Assembly: GCA_031459625.1 (NCBI GenBank)
Contig: JAVKIH010000008.1
Span: 26,030 to 90,029, forward strand
DNA length: 64,000 bases
Source: Candidatus Geohabitans tengchongensis
Lineage (GTDB): Bacteria > Sysuimicrobiota > Sysuimicrobiia > Sysuimicrobiales > Humicultoraceae
Direction: 5' to 3'
Both the position numbers and the translations under genes were made by a program. The notes beneath the pieces are model-generated. The model saw nothing but the letters and a program-made list of their open reading frames with translations. It was not told the DNA's origin and did no database searches. Of this stretch, positions 9,396 to 19,086 are shown in pieces. Within the stretch, counting starts at the first letter, position 1. Each line of letters starts with the position of its first letter.

Positions 9396-10244
9396 ATGAG
9401 GCTCCGGGGGCCCCTGGCGATGGCGTTCCTCGCCCCGGCGCTGCTCGTCATGGCCGGGCTCTACGCCGTGCCGCTGGGCGTCTACCTGGTGAACAGCTTC
9501 CATCGCTTCGAGGCCGGGCGGATCCTCCCGGGCTGGACGTGGGAGACCTACGCGGCGTTCTTCACCGACCCGTTCGCCTATCGGGTCATCGGCCAGTCCC
9601 TCCGCCTGGCCGTCCTGGTCACGGGGCTGGCTCTGCTGCTGGGCTACCCGCTCGCCTACGCGCTGCACACCCGGGTGCGCCGCCCGGGCAGCCGCGCGGC
9701 GGTGGCGCTCCTCCTCTTCTCGCCGCTGGTGGTCAGCGTCGTGGTCCGGACCTACGGGTGGTTCATCCTCCTGGCCACCCGGGGGCTGGTGAACACGGCG
9801 CTGCGGGCGTCGGGCCTGGTCGACACGCCCCTGCCGCTGCTGTTCAACCTGCGCGGCGTGGTGGTCAGCCTGACCCACATCCTGCTGCCGTTTGCCGTCT
9901 TCCCCATCTACAGCGTGCTGGTCCGGCTGGACACCACGCTGAAGGACGCCGCCCGCGACCTGGGCGCCGGCCCCTGGGCGACCTTCACGCACATCACGCT
10001 GCCCCTGACCATGCCGGGGGTCGTCGCCGCGGCGTTGATCTGCTTCACGCTGGCCCTCAGCAGCTTCGTGACGCCGCAGCTGCTGGGCGGGGGGCGCGTC
10101 CAGGTCCTGCCGCTCGTGGTCTACCAGAGCACGGTGGAGATCAACTGGCCGCTGGGAGCCGTGGCCGGCCTCACCCTGCTCGTCCTGTCCCTCGCCGCCG
10201 TCTGGACCCTCAACGGCCTGCTGCGACGGCTGCCGAGCGTGTGA
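9396..10244 (+). CDS. ABC transporter permease (PotB-like)
   Basis: Multiple TM segments, VVRTYGW, DAARDLGA EAA loop, SSFVTPQLLGG. Confidence 0.9.
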   Translation: MRLRGPLAMAFLAPALLVMAGLYAVPLGVYLVNSFHRFEAGRILPGWTWETYAAFFTDPFAYRVIGQSLRLAVLVTGLALLLGYPLAYALHTRVRRPGSRAAVALLLFSPLVVSVVVRTYGWFILLATRGLVNTALRASGLVDTPLPLLFNLRGVVVSLTHILLPFAVFPIYSVLVRLDTTLKDAARDLGAGPWATFTHITLPLTMPGVVAAALICFTLALSSFVTPQLLGGGRVQVLPLVVYQSTVEINWPLGAVAGLTLLVLSLAAVWTLNGLLRRLPSV

Positions 10245-10263
10245 GGGCCGGGAGGTACCGGGG

Positions 10264-11112
10264 ATGAGCGTGCTGGCGCAGGACCTGCGGGCGGCGTCCC
10301 GGGAGGAGCGCGCCGAGGCGGTGCGCACGCTGGTGCTCCGGGCGGGCCTGGCCCTGGGCGTCGGGTTCGTCCTCCTGCCGCTGGCGATCGTGGTCGTCTA
10401 CTCCTTCAGCAGCGTCGCCTACGGGGTCTTCCCGCCGCCGGGGCTGTCGCTCCGCTGGTACGGCCACCTCCTCGCCCAGGAGGCGTTCCGGGGCGCTTTC
10501 CTGCGCAGCGTGGGGATCGGGGTGTGCGCCACCGCGCTCGCCCTGGCCGTGGGGCTGCCCGCCGCCGTCGTGCTGGTGCGGGCGCGCTTCCCCGGCCGCG
10601 ACCTGCTGCGTGCCTTCCTCCTCTCGCCCATCGTCATGCCGAAGATCGTGCTCGGGGTGGGGTGGTTCATCTTCTTCGCCCGTCTGGGGCTGGAGGGGGG
10701 CGTGGGCCCCCTCGTCCTCGCCCACACCGTCGTCGTGCTGCCCTTCGTGGTGACGATCCTAGCGGCGAACCTGGTGGGGTTGGACCCCTCGGTGGAGGAG
10801 GCGGCCCAGGACCTGGGGGCGGGGGTGGCGACGGTGCTGTGGCGCATCGTCCTCCCGCAGATCCGCCCGGGGGTGGCGGTGAGCGCCGTGCTCGCCTTCA
10901 TCGTCTCCTTCGATCAGGTGGAGAGCTCGATCTTCTTGACCCGCGGCGCCAACAACACGCTGCCGGTCGAGATGTTCCTCTACATGGAGAAGTGGCAGGA
11001 CCCGACCATCGCTGCGCTCTCCACGGTGCTGATCGGGTTCGCTGCGGCCCTGGTGGCGGCGGGCCTGGTCCTGGCGCGAGGCGCCGACCTGCGCCGGCTG
11101 CTGGGGCGCTGA
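10264..11112 (+). CDS. ABC transporter permease (PotC-like)
   Basis: FPPPGLSLRWY, EEAAQDLGA, SFDQV, TLPV. Confidence 0.9.
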   Translation: MSVLAQDLRAASREERAEAVRTLVLRAGLALGVGFVLLPLAIVVVYSFSSVAYGVFPPPGLSLRWYGHLLAQEAFRGAFLRSVGIGVCATALALAVGLPAAVVLVRARFPGRDLLRAFLLSPIVMPKIVLGVGWFIFFARLGLEGGVGPLVLAHTVVVLPFVVTILAANLVGLDPSVEEAAQDLGAGVATVLWRIVLPQIRPGVAVSAVLAFIVSFDQVESSIFLTRGANNTLPVEMFLYMEKWQDPTIAALSTVLIGFAAALVAAGLVLARGADLRRLLGR

Positions 11113-11127
11113 CGGGGCACGCGGGCG

Positions 11128-11384
11128 GTGGGCGCGAACGAGGGGACGATGCCCGGGCGCACGGTGGAGTGGTTGGAGGTGAGCCGGCTCGCCAGTGGGA
11201 TGCTCCTGCGCGTCCCGGTCTGGACGGTCCGGGGCACGGGCGCCGGGCCCGCCCTGGGCGTAACGGCGGCCATCCATGGCGATGAGATCGTCGGCATCGA
11301 GGTGGTCCGCCGCCTGCTCGACCGCCTGGAGCGGACGCCCTTCCGGGGGATGGTCCGGGCGGTGCCGGTGGCAACCCGCTGGCC
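11128..11384 (+). pseudogene. N-terminal fragment of a second M14 deacylase
   Basis: GPALGVTAAIHGDEIVGIEVVRRL..RGMVRAVPVA(NPLA), then homology stops with a 1-nt frameshift near 11372. Confidence 0.75.
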
Positions 11385-12128
11385 CCCATCCTCTTCGTCT
11401 TTGCCTATGCCTTCAGCAGCGTCTCCTACGCCGTCTTCCCGCCGCCGGGGTTCTCCCTGCGCTGGTTCGAGCGCCTCCTGACCCAGCACGACCTGCTGCG
11501 GGCGGCGCTGAACTCCCTGCTCGTGGCGGCGGCGGCCACGGCCGGGAGTCTGGGGCTGGGGACCCTGGCCGCCCTGGGACTGGTGCGCTACCGCTTCGCC
11601 GGCCGGGAGGTGCTGCGCGCGGTCTTCCTGGCGCCGCTCATCGTGCCGCGGATCGCCTTCGGCGTAGCCATCATGGTCTACATGATCCTCCTGCGCCGCT
11701 TCGGCGGGCTGGACAGCCTCGTCCTGGCCCACCTGATGGTGACGCTGCCGTTCGCCATCTCGATCCTCTCGGCCAGCCTGGTGAGCGCGGAGCGGGTCCT
11801 GGAGGAAGCGGCCATGGACCTGGGAGTGACGCCGCTGCAGACCTTCCTGCGGGTGACGCTGCCGCAGATCCGCACGGGGCTGGCCGTCAGCGCCTTCTTC
11901 GCCTTCATCATCTCCTGGGACCAGGTGGAGACCTCGCTCTTCCTCGTGAAGACCGACAACGTCACGCTGCCGGTGGCCATGTTCTACTACATCCAGCGCC
12001 ACCAGGACCCGGTGATCGCCGCCCTCTCCACCGTGCTGATCGCCGCGGCGGCCGTGGCCGGCGCGGCGGCGGTGGCCGCCACCGACCCCCGCGACCTCTC
12101 CCGCCTGCTGGGCGCCCGCGGGCGGTGA
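11379..12128 (+). pseudogene. PotC-like permease lacking its start and first TM segment (fused to the deacylase fragment)
   Basis: LAPILFVFAYAFSSVSYAVFPPPGFSLRWF...EEAAMDLGV...SWDQV; paralogous to 10264-11112; no start codon at the expected position. Confidence 0.75.
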
Positions 12129-12129
12129 G

Positions 12130-12308
12130 CCGACCCACACCGGGACCAGCAGCCGGTCCAGATCGTCCCGGTGGATCCGCACCGGCCGGCCCAGCCGGAT
12201 GGCCGGAAGCCGTCCCTGCCGGACGTAGGCGTACACCGTGAGGCGGTGGAGCTGCAGGTAGGCGGCCGCCTGCCGGACCGTGAGGAGCTCGGGCAGCTCG
12301 CGACGCAT
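12130..12308 (-). CDS. Excisionase/MerR-like helix-turn-helix protein (HTH_17); native stop apparently lost
   Basis: MRRELPELLTVRQAAAYLQLHRLTVYAYVRQGRLPAIRLGRPVRIHRDDLDRLL; frame stays open to 10980. Confidence 0.7.
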
Positions 12309-12505
12309 GCCGCCATGGTGGCAGAGCCCGCGGCGAGGATGGAGTGATGCGGCGCATCCCCGGCCGGTGACTGCGGTCACAGCCTTCCGCGGCCGCCGCC
12401 GGGAGCGTGTTTGGCGGCGAGGGGGAGGTGGCGGCGTGGAGGGTGAAAACCCCCTTCGAGGGCGGTCTGCCCCCAGACCGCGTCCGGCATCACGGAGGAG
12501 GTCCC

Positions 12506-13492
12506 ATGGCCCGACCCAAGGTCTACGTCACGCGGCCGCTCCCCGAGCCCGCCCTGGCCCTCATCCGGGAGCGGACGGAGATGCGCCTGTGGGAGCAGGA
12601 CGAGATCCCCCCGCCCCGCGACGTCCTGCTGCGCGAGGTCGCCGACGTCGACGGGCTGCTCGCCCTGCTCACCGACCGCATCGACGAGGAGCTGCTCGCG
12701 CGCGCCCCCCGCCTGCGTGTGGTGGCCAACTATGCCGTCGGCTTCGACAACGTGGACGTGGCGGCGGCCACGCGGCGCGGCGTCGTCGTCACGAACACCC
12801 CGGGGGTCCTCACCGAGACCGTGGCGGACTTCGCCATGGCCATGATCCTGGCGGCGGCGCGGCGCCTGGTCGAGGCCGACCGCTACACCCGCAGCAACCT
12901 GTGGCGCTCCTGGCAGCCGATGCTCTTCCTGGGGCAGGACGTGCACGGCGCCACCCTGGGGCTCGTCGGGCTGGGGCGGATCGGCAGCGCCGTGGCCCGG
13001 CGTGCCCGCGGCTTCGACATGCGCGTCCTCTACTACGACGTGGTGCGCCGGGAGGACCTGGAGCGGGAGATGGGCATCGTCTTCCGCCCCCTGGAGGAGG
13101 TGCTGCGCGAGAGCGACTTCATCAGCATCCACACGCCGCTGACTCCCGAGACCCGCCACCTCATCGGCCGCCAGCAGCTGCGGATGATGAAGCCGACGGC
13201 GGTGCTGGTGAACACGGCCCGCGGGCCCATCGTCGACACCATGGCGCTGTACGAGGCCCTGCGCGACGGCGTCATCTGGGCGGCGGCCCTGGACGTCTTC
13301 GAGGTGGAGCCGGTCCCCCCGGACCACCCGCTGCTCACGCTCGACAACGTCACCGTCGCCCCGCACATCGCCAGCGCCTCGGTGCGGACGCGCACGCAGA
13401 TGGCGCTCATGGCCGCGGAGAACCTGCTGGCGGTGCTGGAGGGGCGGCGGCCCCCCAATCCCGTCAACCCTGAGGTCCTGGAAGGACGGTAG
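12506..13492 (+). CDS. D-glycerate dehydrogenase / glyoxylate reductase (D-2-hydroxyacid dehydrogenase)
   Basis: [50 protein letters not shown]. Confidence 0.92.
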   Translation: MARPKVYVTRPLPEPALALIRERTEMRLWEQDEIPPPRDVLLREVADVDGLLALLTDRIDEELLARAPRLRVVANYAVGFDNVDVAAATRRGVVVTNTPGVLTETVADFAMAMILAAARRLVEADRYTRSNLWRSWQPMLFLGQDVHGATLGLVGLGRIGSAVARRARGFDMRVLYYDVVRREDLEREMGIVFRPLEEVLRESDFISIHTPLTPETRHLIGRQQLRMMKPTAVLVNTARGPIVDTMALYEALRDGVIWAAALDVFEVEPVPPDHPLLTLDNVTVAPHIASASVRTRTQMALMAAENLLAVLEGRRPPNPVNPEVLEGR

Positions 13493-13496
13493 GGGG

Positions 13497-14504
13497 ATGG
13501 CCCTCCTCTACCTGGGGATGGAGGACGCCGTGGTGGTCGTCCGGGAGGGGAGGTCTGGGTGGGCCGTCGAGGAGCGCCTCACCGGCCAGCCGGTCCAGGG
13601 CGTGGCGGCGGACCCGCAGGATCCTGTGCGGGTCTACGCAGCCACCGCCGAGGGGCTGTGGCGCAGCGCCGACGGCGGCCGCACCTGGGAACGCGCGGCG
13701 GCCCCGGGACTGGACGACGTCACCGCGGTGGCGGTGGCTCCGGCCCACGACGGCGGTCCCGGCCCCGTGTACGCCGGCACCGAGCCGAGCCGCCTCTTCC
13801 GCTCCGACGACGGCGGGGTCACCTGGCGGGAGCTGCGCGGGCTTGTGGCCCTGCCCTCGGCCCGGACCTGGAGCTTCCCGCCTCGTCCGAAGACCCACCA
13901 CGTCCGCTGGATCGCCCCCGACCCGGCGCGGCCGGGGCGCCTCTACGTGGCCATCGAGGCCGGGGCCCTGGTGCACTCCGCCGACGGCGGGGAGACCTGG
14001 CACGACCGCGTCCCCGGCGGGCCCTACGACACCCACACGCTGGCCGTCCACCCCCACGCGCCCGACCGCCTCTACTCCGCGGCGGGGGACGGCTACTTCG
14101 AGAGCCTGGACGGCGGCGCGTCGTGGCGTTCACCCGAGGAGGGCCTGCGCCACGGCTACCTCTTCGGCGTCGCCGCGGATCCGGGCGATCCCGAGACCGT
14201 GGTGGTCTCGGCGGCGGCGGGACCGGGGAGTGCGTACGTGGCCGGGCGGGCGACCACCTACCTCTACCGGTGGCAGGGCCAGGGCCCGTGGGCGCTCCTC
14301 CGGGAGGGGCTGCCGGAGGCGCGCCGCACCACGATCACGGTGCTGGCCACCCACCCGCAGGCACCCGGGGTGGTCTACGCCGCCAACAACCGGGGGATCT
14401 TCCGCTCGCGCGACGGGGGAGCGCGGTGGACGGCGCTCGAGCTCCCCTGGCCGGCGCGCTTCCAGGACCACGCCGTCCAGGGGGTGGTGGTGATCGAGCC
14501 CTAG
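13497..14504 (+). CDS. BNR/WD40-YVTN-like beta-propeller protein
   Basis: Repeated S-x-D-G-G-x-T-W Asp boxes; YAGTEPS, WSFPPRP.THHVRWI. Confidence 0.8.
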   Translation: MALLYLGMEDAVVVVREGRSGWAVEERLTGQPVQGVAADPQDPVRVYAATAEGLWRSADGGRTWERAAAPGLDDVTAVAVAPAHDGGPGPVYAGTEPSRLFRSDDGGVTWRELRGLVALPSARTWSFPPRPKTHHVRWIAPDPARPGRLYVAIEAGALVHSADGGETWHDRVPGGPYDTHTLAVHPHAPDRLYSAAGDGYFESLDGGASWRSPEEGLRHGYLFGVAADPGDPETVVVSAAAGPGSAYVAGRATTYLYRWQGQGPWALLREGLPEARRTTITVLATHPQAPGVVYAANNRGIFRSRDGGARWTALELPWPARFQDHAVQGVVVIEP

Positions 14505-14599
14505 TGCGGGTGCTCCGTCTCGCCGCGGCGCGTCGCGGACCTCCCGCCGGGGGCCGGGGCCGCGGGCCCGCCGGGCGCGGCTCGCGACGGCCAGAGAGA

Positions 14600-14633
14600 G
14601 CGCAGGGCGCCGGAAGCTCCCGGCGCCCTGCGC
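14600..14633. terminator. Strong hairpin between convergent genes
   Basis: gcgcagggcgccgg-aagctc-ccggcgccctgcgc, perfect 14-bp stem. Confidence 0.6.
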
Positions 14634-14653
14634 GAGTCGACGGGCGACGTCCC

Positions 14654-16237
14654 CTACTGCTTGCCGATCGTCCAGGTGCGGAACTGCATGTCCGGGCTCA
14701 GCTGGATGCCGGTGACGTTCTTCTGCGCGACCGCGAAGGCCTGCAGGTTGTTCGTCCACATCGGCACCAGGATGGCCGACTCGGCCAGCAGCCGCTGGGT
14801 CTGCTGGTAGAGCTGGGTGCGCCGAGCCCGGTCGGTGGTCTGCTTGGCCTCGGTGAGGAGCTGGCGGAACTGCTGCGCGTACTGCTTGTCCCGCGCGCTG
14901 GTGGCCTTGTTGAGGAAGGTGCCCAGGCTCTCCGGCGACTCGATGAGCCAGGGGGCCAGGAAGTTGTCGGGGTCGACGAAGTCCGGGAACCACCCCAGGA
15001 AGAACATGCCGAACTGCCCGGCGGCCATCGACTTCGTGTAGGTGGCCCACTCCTGCGTCTTGATCTCCACCGTGGCCAGGCCCGTCTCCTCGATGGCCCG
15101 CTTCACCACCGCGCCCGCGTCCGGCTCGGTGTTACCGTAGCGGACCGGGGTGAGCCACAGGGTGAGGGCGAGCTTGCGGCCGGAGCTGTAGCCGGCCTCG
15201 CGCAGCAGCGCCCGGGCCTGCTCCAGGTTGCGGCGCGGGAAGGCCTCCACGTGGCTCCACAGCCCTGGCGGCACCATGCTGTAGAGCGCAGTGTTGAGGC
15301 CGCCGAAGACGTTGCGCACGATGCGGTCGCGGTCCAGCGCCAGCGCCACGGCGCGGCGGACGCGGACGTCGTCGAAGGGTTTCACCGTGACGTTGAAGAC
15401 GATGTAGCGCACCGAGAGGCTGGGGCCGCGGATGACGGTCACCCGGGGGCTCTGCTGCAGCCGCCGCAGGTCCTCCGGGTTGAAGGTGCGGAACCCGACG
15501 TCCACCTGCCCCGACTCGACGGCGGCGGCCAGGGCCGAGGCGTCGGCCAGGAAGACGGTGATGACCCGACGGCTCTTGGGGGCGGGGCCCCAGTAGCCGC
15601 GGTAGGCCTCGTAGACCGTCCGCTGGTCCGGCACGTACTGGGCCAGCCGGTACGGTCCGGTGCCGGCGAAGCGCCCCTTGGCGAACTCGTTGGCCGGGGT
15701 GGAGCGGGGGCTGAAGACGTGGGCGGGCGCCACCCCGTGGGTCATGCGCGCCAGGAAGGTGGCGTCCCGCTCGCGCAGCCGGATGCGCACCGTCGTGGCG
15801 TCGACGACCTCGACGGGCAAGCGGATGTTCTTGATCAGCCCGACGCCGCCCTCGGGGCCGTCCAGCTTGAGGGCGCGCTCCAGCGAGAACTTCACGGCCG
15901 CGGCGTCGAAGGGTGTCCCGTCGGTGAACGTCACCCCGCGGCGCAGCTTGAAGGTGTAGGTGAGCCCGTCATCGGAGACCTGCCAGGACTCCGCCAGCTG
16001 CCCCACGATGTCCGTGGTCCCGGGTTTGAACTGCACGAGCGCCTCCGAGACCTGCGCGAAGACGTGCCAGGTCCAGTAGTCGTAGGAGTTCTCCGGAGAG
16101 AGCTCGGTGATCTTGTCGGTGGTTCCCAGGACCAGCGTGTCGCGCGGCGTGGCTGCGGGCGCCCGGGACGCCGGCGCCCCCAGGACGACCACGAGCCCCG
16201 CCACCAGCAGGACGGCACACAGGCGTGATGCGGTCAT
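14654..16237 (-). CDS. Peptide/nickel ABC transporter substrate-binding protein (family 5)
   Basis: LAESWQVSDDGLTYTFKLRRGVTFTDGTPFDAAAVKFS signature, GTGPY, signal peptide. Confidence 0.92.
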   Translation of the reverse strand: MTASRLCAVLLVAGLVVVLGAPASRAPAATPRDTLVLGTTDKITELSPENSYDYWTWHVFAQVSEALVQFKPGTTDIVGQLAESWQVSDDGLTYTFKLRRGVTFTDGTPFDAAAVKFSLERALKLDGPEGGVGLIKNIRLPVEVVDATTVRIRLRERDATFLARMTHGVAPAHVFSPRSTPANEFAKGRFAGTGPYRLAQYVPDQRTVYEAYRGYWGPAPKSRRVITVFLADASALAAAVESGQVDVGFRTFNPEDLRRLQQSPRVTVIRGPSLSVRYIVFNVTVKPFDDVRVRRAVALALDRDRIVRNVFGGLNTALYSMVPPGLWSHVEAFPRRNLEQARALLREAGYSSGRKLALTLWLTPVRYGNTEPDAGAVVKRAIEETGLATVEIKTQEWATYTKSMAAGQFGMFFLGWFPDFVDPDNFLAPWLIESPESLGTFLNKATSARDKQYAQQFRQLLTEAKQTTDRARRTQLYQQTQRLLAESAILVPMWTNNLQAFAVAQKNVTGIQLSPDMQFRTWTIGKQ

Positions 16238-16317
16238 GCCTCACCCCCCGTGGTTGGGATCGCTTCTCCCGGTAGCGATTTCAGTGTAGCGCAGGGGGCA
16301 TCCTGCCGCGCAGCGAC

Positions 16318-17193
16318 CTACTCGACGGCGCGGCGCCGGCGGGGGCTGAGCCGGTCGGCCAGCCCTTCCCCCAGCATCCCGAACCCCAGGGAGAGGAGGA
16401 TGATCATCAGGCCGGGGAAGGTAATGAGCCACCAGTAGCCCGCCTGCAGGAACTTCTGGCCGTTCTGGATGTCGAAGCCCCAGTCCGGCGTGGGAGGCGG
16501 CAGCCCGAAGCCCAGGAAGGCCAGCGCCGCTTCGGTGAGGATGGCGTCGGCGATGTTGAAGGAAGGGACGGTCATCACCGCGCTCAGGGTGTTGGGGGCG
16601 ATGTGCCGCAGGAGCACGCGGCTGCCGGAGGCCCCCACCGCCCGCGCCGCCTCGACGAACTCCTGCTCCCGCACCACCAGCACCTGCGCCCGCGCCACCC
16701 GGAAGTAGGCCGGGACGTAGACGAAGGCGATGGCCGCCGTCATGTTGGTCAGCCCCGGGCCCAGCATGGCCACGATGGCGATGGCCAGGATGAGGGCGGG
16801 GAAGGAGTAGATCGCGTCCATCACCAGGGAGAGGACCCGATCCAGCCCGCCGCCGGCGGCCCCGGCCACCCACCCGAGCGCCGTCCCCGCGCTCAGCGAG
16901 ATGGCCACCGAGAGCGCCGCCACCAGGAGCGGGACGCGCCCCCCGTACAGCACCCGGCTCAGCACGTCGCGCTGCAGCTGGTCCGTCCCCATGGGGTGGG
17001 CCGGCGACGGGGGCTGGAGGCGGTCCGCGCCCGTCGGGGCCGTGGGGTCGTAGGGGGCCAGGACGGGGGCGGCCAGCGTCACCAGCACCACCAGGGCGAC
17101 GATGGCCGCGCCGCCCACGAGCAGGTACCCGCGGCGGACCGGGTGGCGCACGCGGCGGCCCGGGGGCACCGGCGCGCGGCGGACCCGGCGCAT
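16318..17193 (-). CDS. Peptide ABC transporter permease (DppC-like)
   Basis: HPMGTDQLQRDVLSRVLYG, EFVEAARAVGA, EAALAFLGFG..PTPDWG. Confidence 0.9.
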   Translation of the reverse strand: MRRVRRAPVPPGRRVRHPVRRGYLLVGGAAIVALVVLVTLAAPVLAPYDPTAPTGADRLQPPSPAHPMGTDQLQRDVLSRVLYGGRVPLLVAALSVAISLSAGTALGWVAGAAGGGLDRVLSLVMDAIYSFPALILAIAIVAMLGPGLTNMTAAIAFVYVPAYFRVARAQVLVVREQEFVEAARAVGASGSRVLLRHIAPNTLSAVMTVPSFNIADAILTEAALAFLGFGLPPPTPDWGFDIQNGQKFLQAGYWWLITFPGLMIILLSLGFGMLGEGLADRLSPRRRRAVE

Positions 17194-18203
17194 CAGAAGC
17201 GGATGCGCGGGTCCACCCGGGCGTAGAGGACGTCCACCGCCAGGTTGACCGCCGAGATGAACAGCGCGATGAAGACCACGGCGCCCTGGATGGCGGCGAA
17301 GTCTCGCGAGGAGATCGCCTCCAGCAGGTAGCGGGCCACCCCGGGCCAGGAGTAGACCGTCTCGGTGAGGATGGCCCCGGCCATCAGCAGGGCGAACTGG
17401 AGCCCCACCACCGTGACGATGGGGATGAGGGCGTTGCGCAGGGCGTGGCGGCGGACCACCACCGGCTCGGGCAACCCCTTGGCCCGGGCCACGGTGACGT
17501 ACTCGCGCTCCAGCACCTCCAGCATGCTCGTGCGGGTCATCCGCCCGATGAACCCCGACACGACCAGCCCGAGCGTGAGCGTCGGGAGCACCAGGTGGCG
17601 CAGGGCGCCGAGAAACAGGCGCAGGTCCCCGCGCAGCAGCGTGTCCACCGTGTAGAGGTGGGTGATCGGCTCGAAGAAGGCGGCGGCCACCGGGTCCAGG
17701 CGGCCCCCCGCCGGCAGCACCCGCCAGCGCACCGCGAAGAGCATCAGCAGCATGAGCCCGATCCAGAAGACGGGCATGGCGAAGGAGGCGATGTTGAACA
17801 GGCGGACCAGGTGGTCGGCGGGGCGGTCGCGGCGGACCGCGGCCACGAGGCCCGTCCCCACCCCGATGGCGGTGGCGGCGAGCATGCCGAAGACCGCCAG
17901 CTCCAGCGTGGCCGGAAGGCGCAGCAGCAGCTCCTGGGTCACCGGGAGCCCGGTGCGGACGGAGGTGCCGAAGTCCAGTCGGGCCACGTCGCCGAGGTAG
18001 TCCAGGTACTGCACCGGCAGGGGGCGGTCGAGCCCGAGCTGGGCGCGGCACCGTGCCAGGGTCTCCAGGGTGACGTTGCGCCCGCCCAGCAGCGCCAGGC
18101 ACGGGTCGCCCGGCAACACCCGCAGGATGACGAAGACGACCGTGAGCAGCACCAGCAGCATAGGCAGGGTGAGGGCCAGGCGGGTGAGGATGTAGCGCAG
18201 CAC
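17193..18203 (-). CDS. Peptide ABC transporter permease (DppB-like)
   Basis: LPGDP, LGLDRPL..QY, ARAKGL, ETVYSWPG, DPRIR. Confidence 0.92.
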   Translation of the reverse strand: MLRYILTRLALTLPMLLVLLTVVFVILRVLPGDPCLALLGGRNVTLETLARCRAQLGLDRPLPVQYLDYLGDVARLDFGTSVRTGLPVTQELLLRLPATLELAVFGMLAATAIGVGTGLVAAVRRDRPADHLVRLFNIASFAMPVFWIGLMLLMLFAVRWRVLPAGGRLDPVAAAFFEPITHLYTVDTLLRGDLRLFLGALRHLVLPTLTLGLVVSGFIGRMTRTSMLEVLEREYVTVARAKGLPEPVVVRRHALRNALIPIVTVVGLQFALLMAGAILTETVYSWPGVARYLLEAISSRDFAAIQGAVVFIALFISAVNLAVDVLYARVDPRIRF

Positions 18204-18206
18204 CGC

Positions 18207-19025
18207 TCAGGGGTGGGGGCGCACGCCCCGGCCGGCCCAGCGCTCCAGCGCCCGCACGCCGGCCGAGCCCACGAGCGTCATGAGCAGGTAGAGCAGCGCC
18301 ACCATGTTGTAGGTCTCGAAGGCCCGGAAGGTCCGCGCGTTGAGCAGGTTGCCCGAGTAGGTGAGCTCCTGCACGGAGATCACCGAGGCCAGCGACGAGT
18401 CCTTCAGCATGGCCACGAAGTCGTTGCCCAGTGGCGGCAGGATGATGCGCAGCGCCTGCGGCAGGACGACGTAGCGCATCGTCTGCCCGTAGCTGAGCCC
18501 CAGCGAGCGGGCCGCCTCCACCTGGCCCCGCGGGATGGCCTCGATGCCCGCCCGGTAGATCTCCGCCAGGTAGGCCCCGTAGCCGATCCCCAGCGCCAGC
18601 ACCGCCCGCACCACCGGGTCGCGCCACCAGCGCATCCCCGTGGCGTCGGCGATGGCCGGGGTGGCCACGAAGGCGACGTAGAGGAGGAAGACCAGCAGCG
18701 GGACCCCGCGCACCACCTCGATGTAGAGGATCGCCGGCGTGTGCAGCCAGGGGTTGCGCGAGACCCGCGCCAGCCCGGCTACGAGCCCGACCACCAGCGC
18801 CAGCGCGTAGGAAGCCAGGGAGAGGTAGAGCGTCAGGAGGACGCCCTCGGCCAGGAAGGCGAGGGTCTCGCGGTAGACCGGGGAGCCGGCGACGCGCAGT
18901 GCCACCAGGATCCCCCCGATGGCCAGCACCAGGGCCCACCAGGGGAGGCGCTCGAGCGGGAGGGGGAGGAGCCGCCCGGTCCCCGCCCGGCGGGCCTCGC
19001 TGGTCCCGACCGGGCCCAGGCTCAC
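18207..19025 (-). CDS. Polar amino acid ABC transporter permease
   Basis: RGVPLLV, AEIYRAGIEAIPRGQVEAARSLG, LKDSSL. Confidence 0.92.
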   Translation of the reverse strand: MSLGPVGTSEARRAGTGRLLPLPLERLPWWALVLAIGGILVALRVAGSPVYRETLAFLAEGVLLTLYLSLASYALALVVGLVAGLARVSRNPWLHTPAILYIEVVRGVPLLVFLLYVAFVATPAIADATGMRWWRDPVVRAVLALGIGYGAYLAEIYRAGIEAIPRGQVEAARSLGLSYGQTMRYVVLPQALRIILPPLGNDFVAMLKDSSLASVISVQELTYSGNLLNARTFRAFETYNMVALLYLLMTLVGSAGVRALERWAGRGVRPHP

Positions 19026-19086
19026 CAGGAGCGGCGAGGGGACCGGGAGGGCGCTGCCCCCGGTCCCCTGGCGCCGCCGTCCTCCC

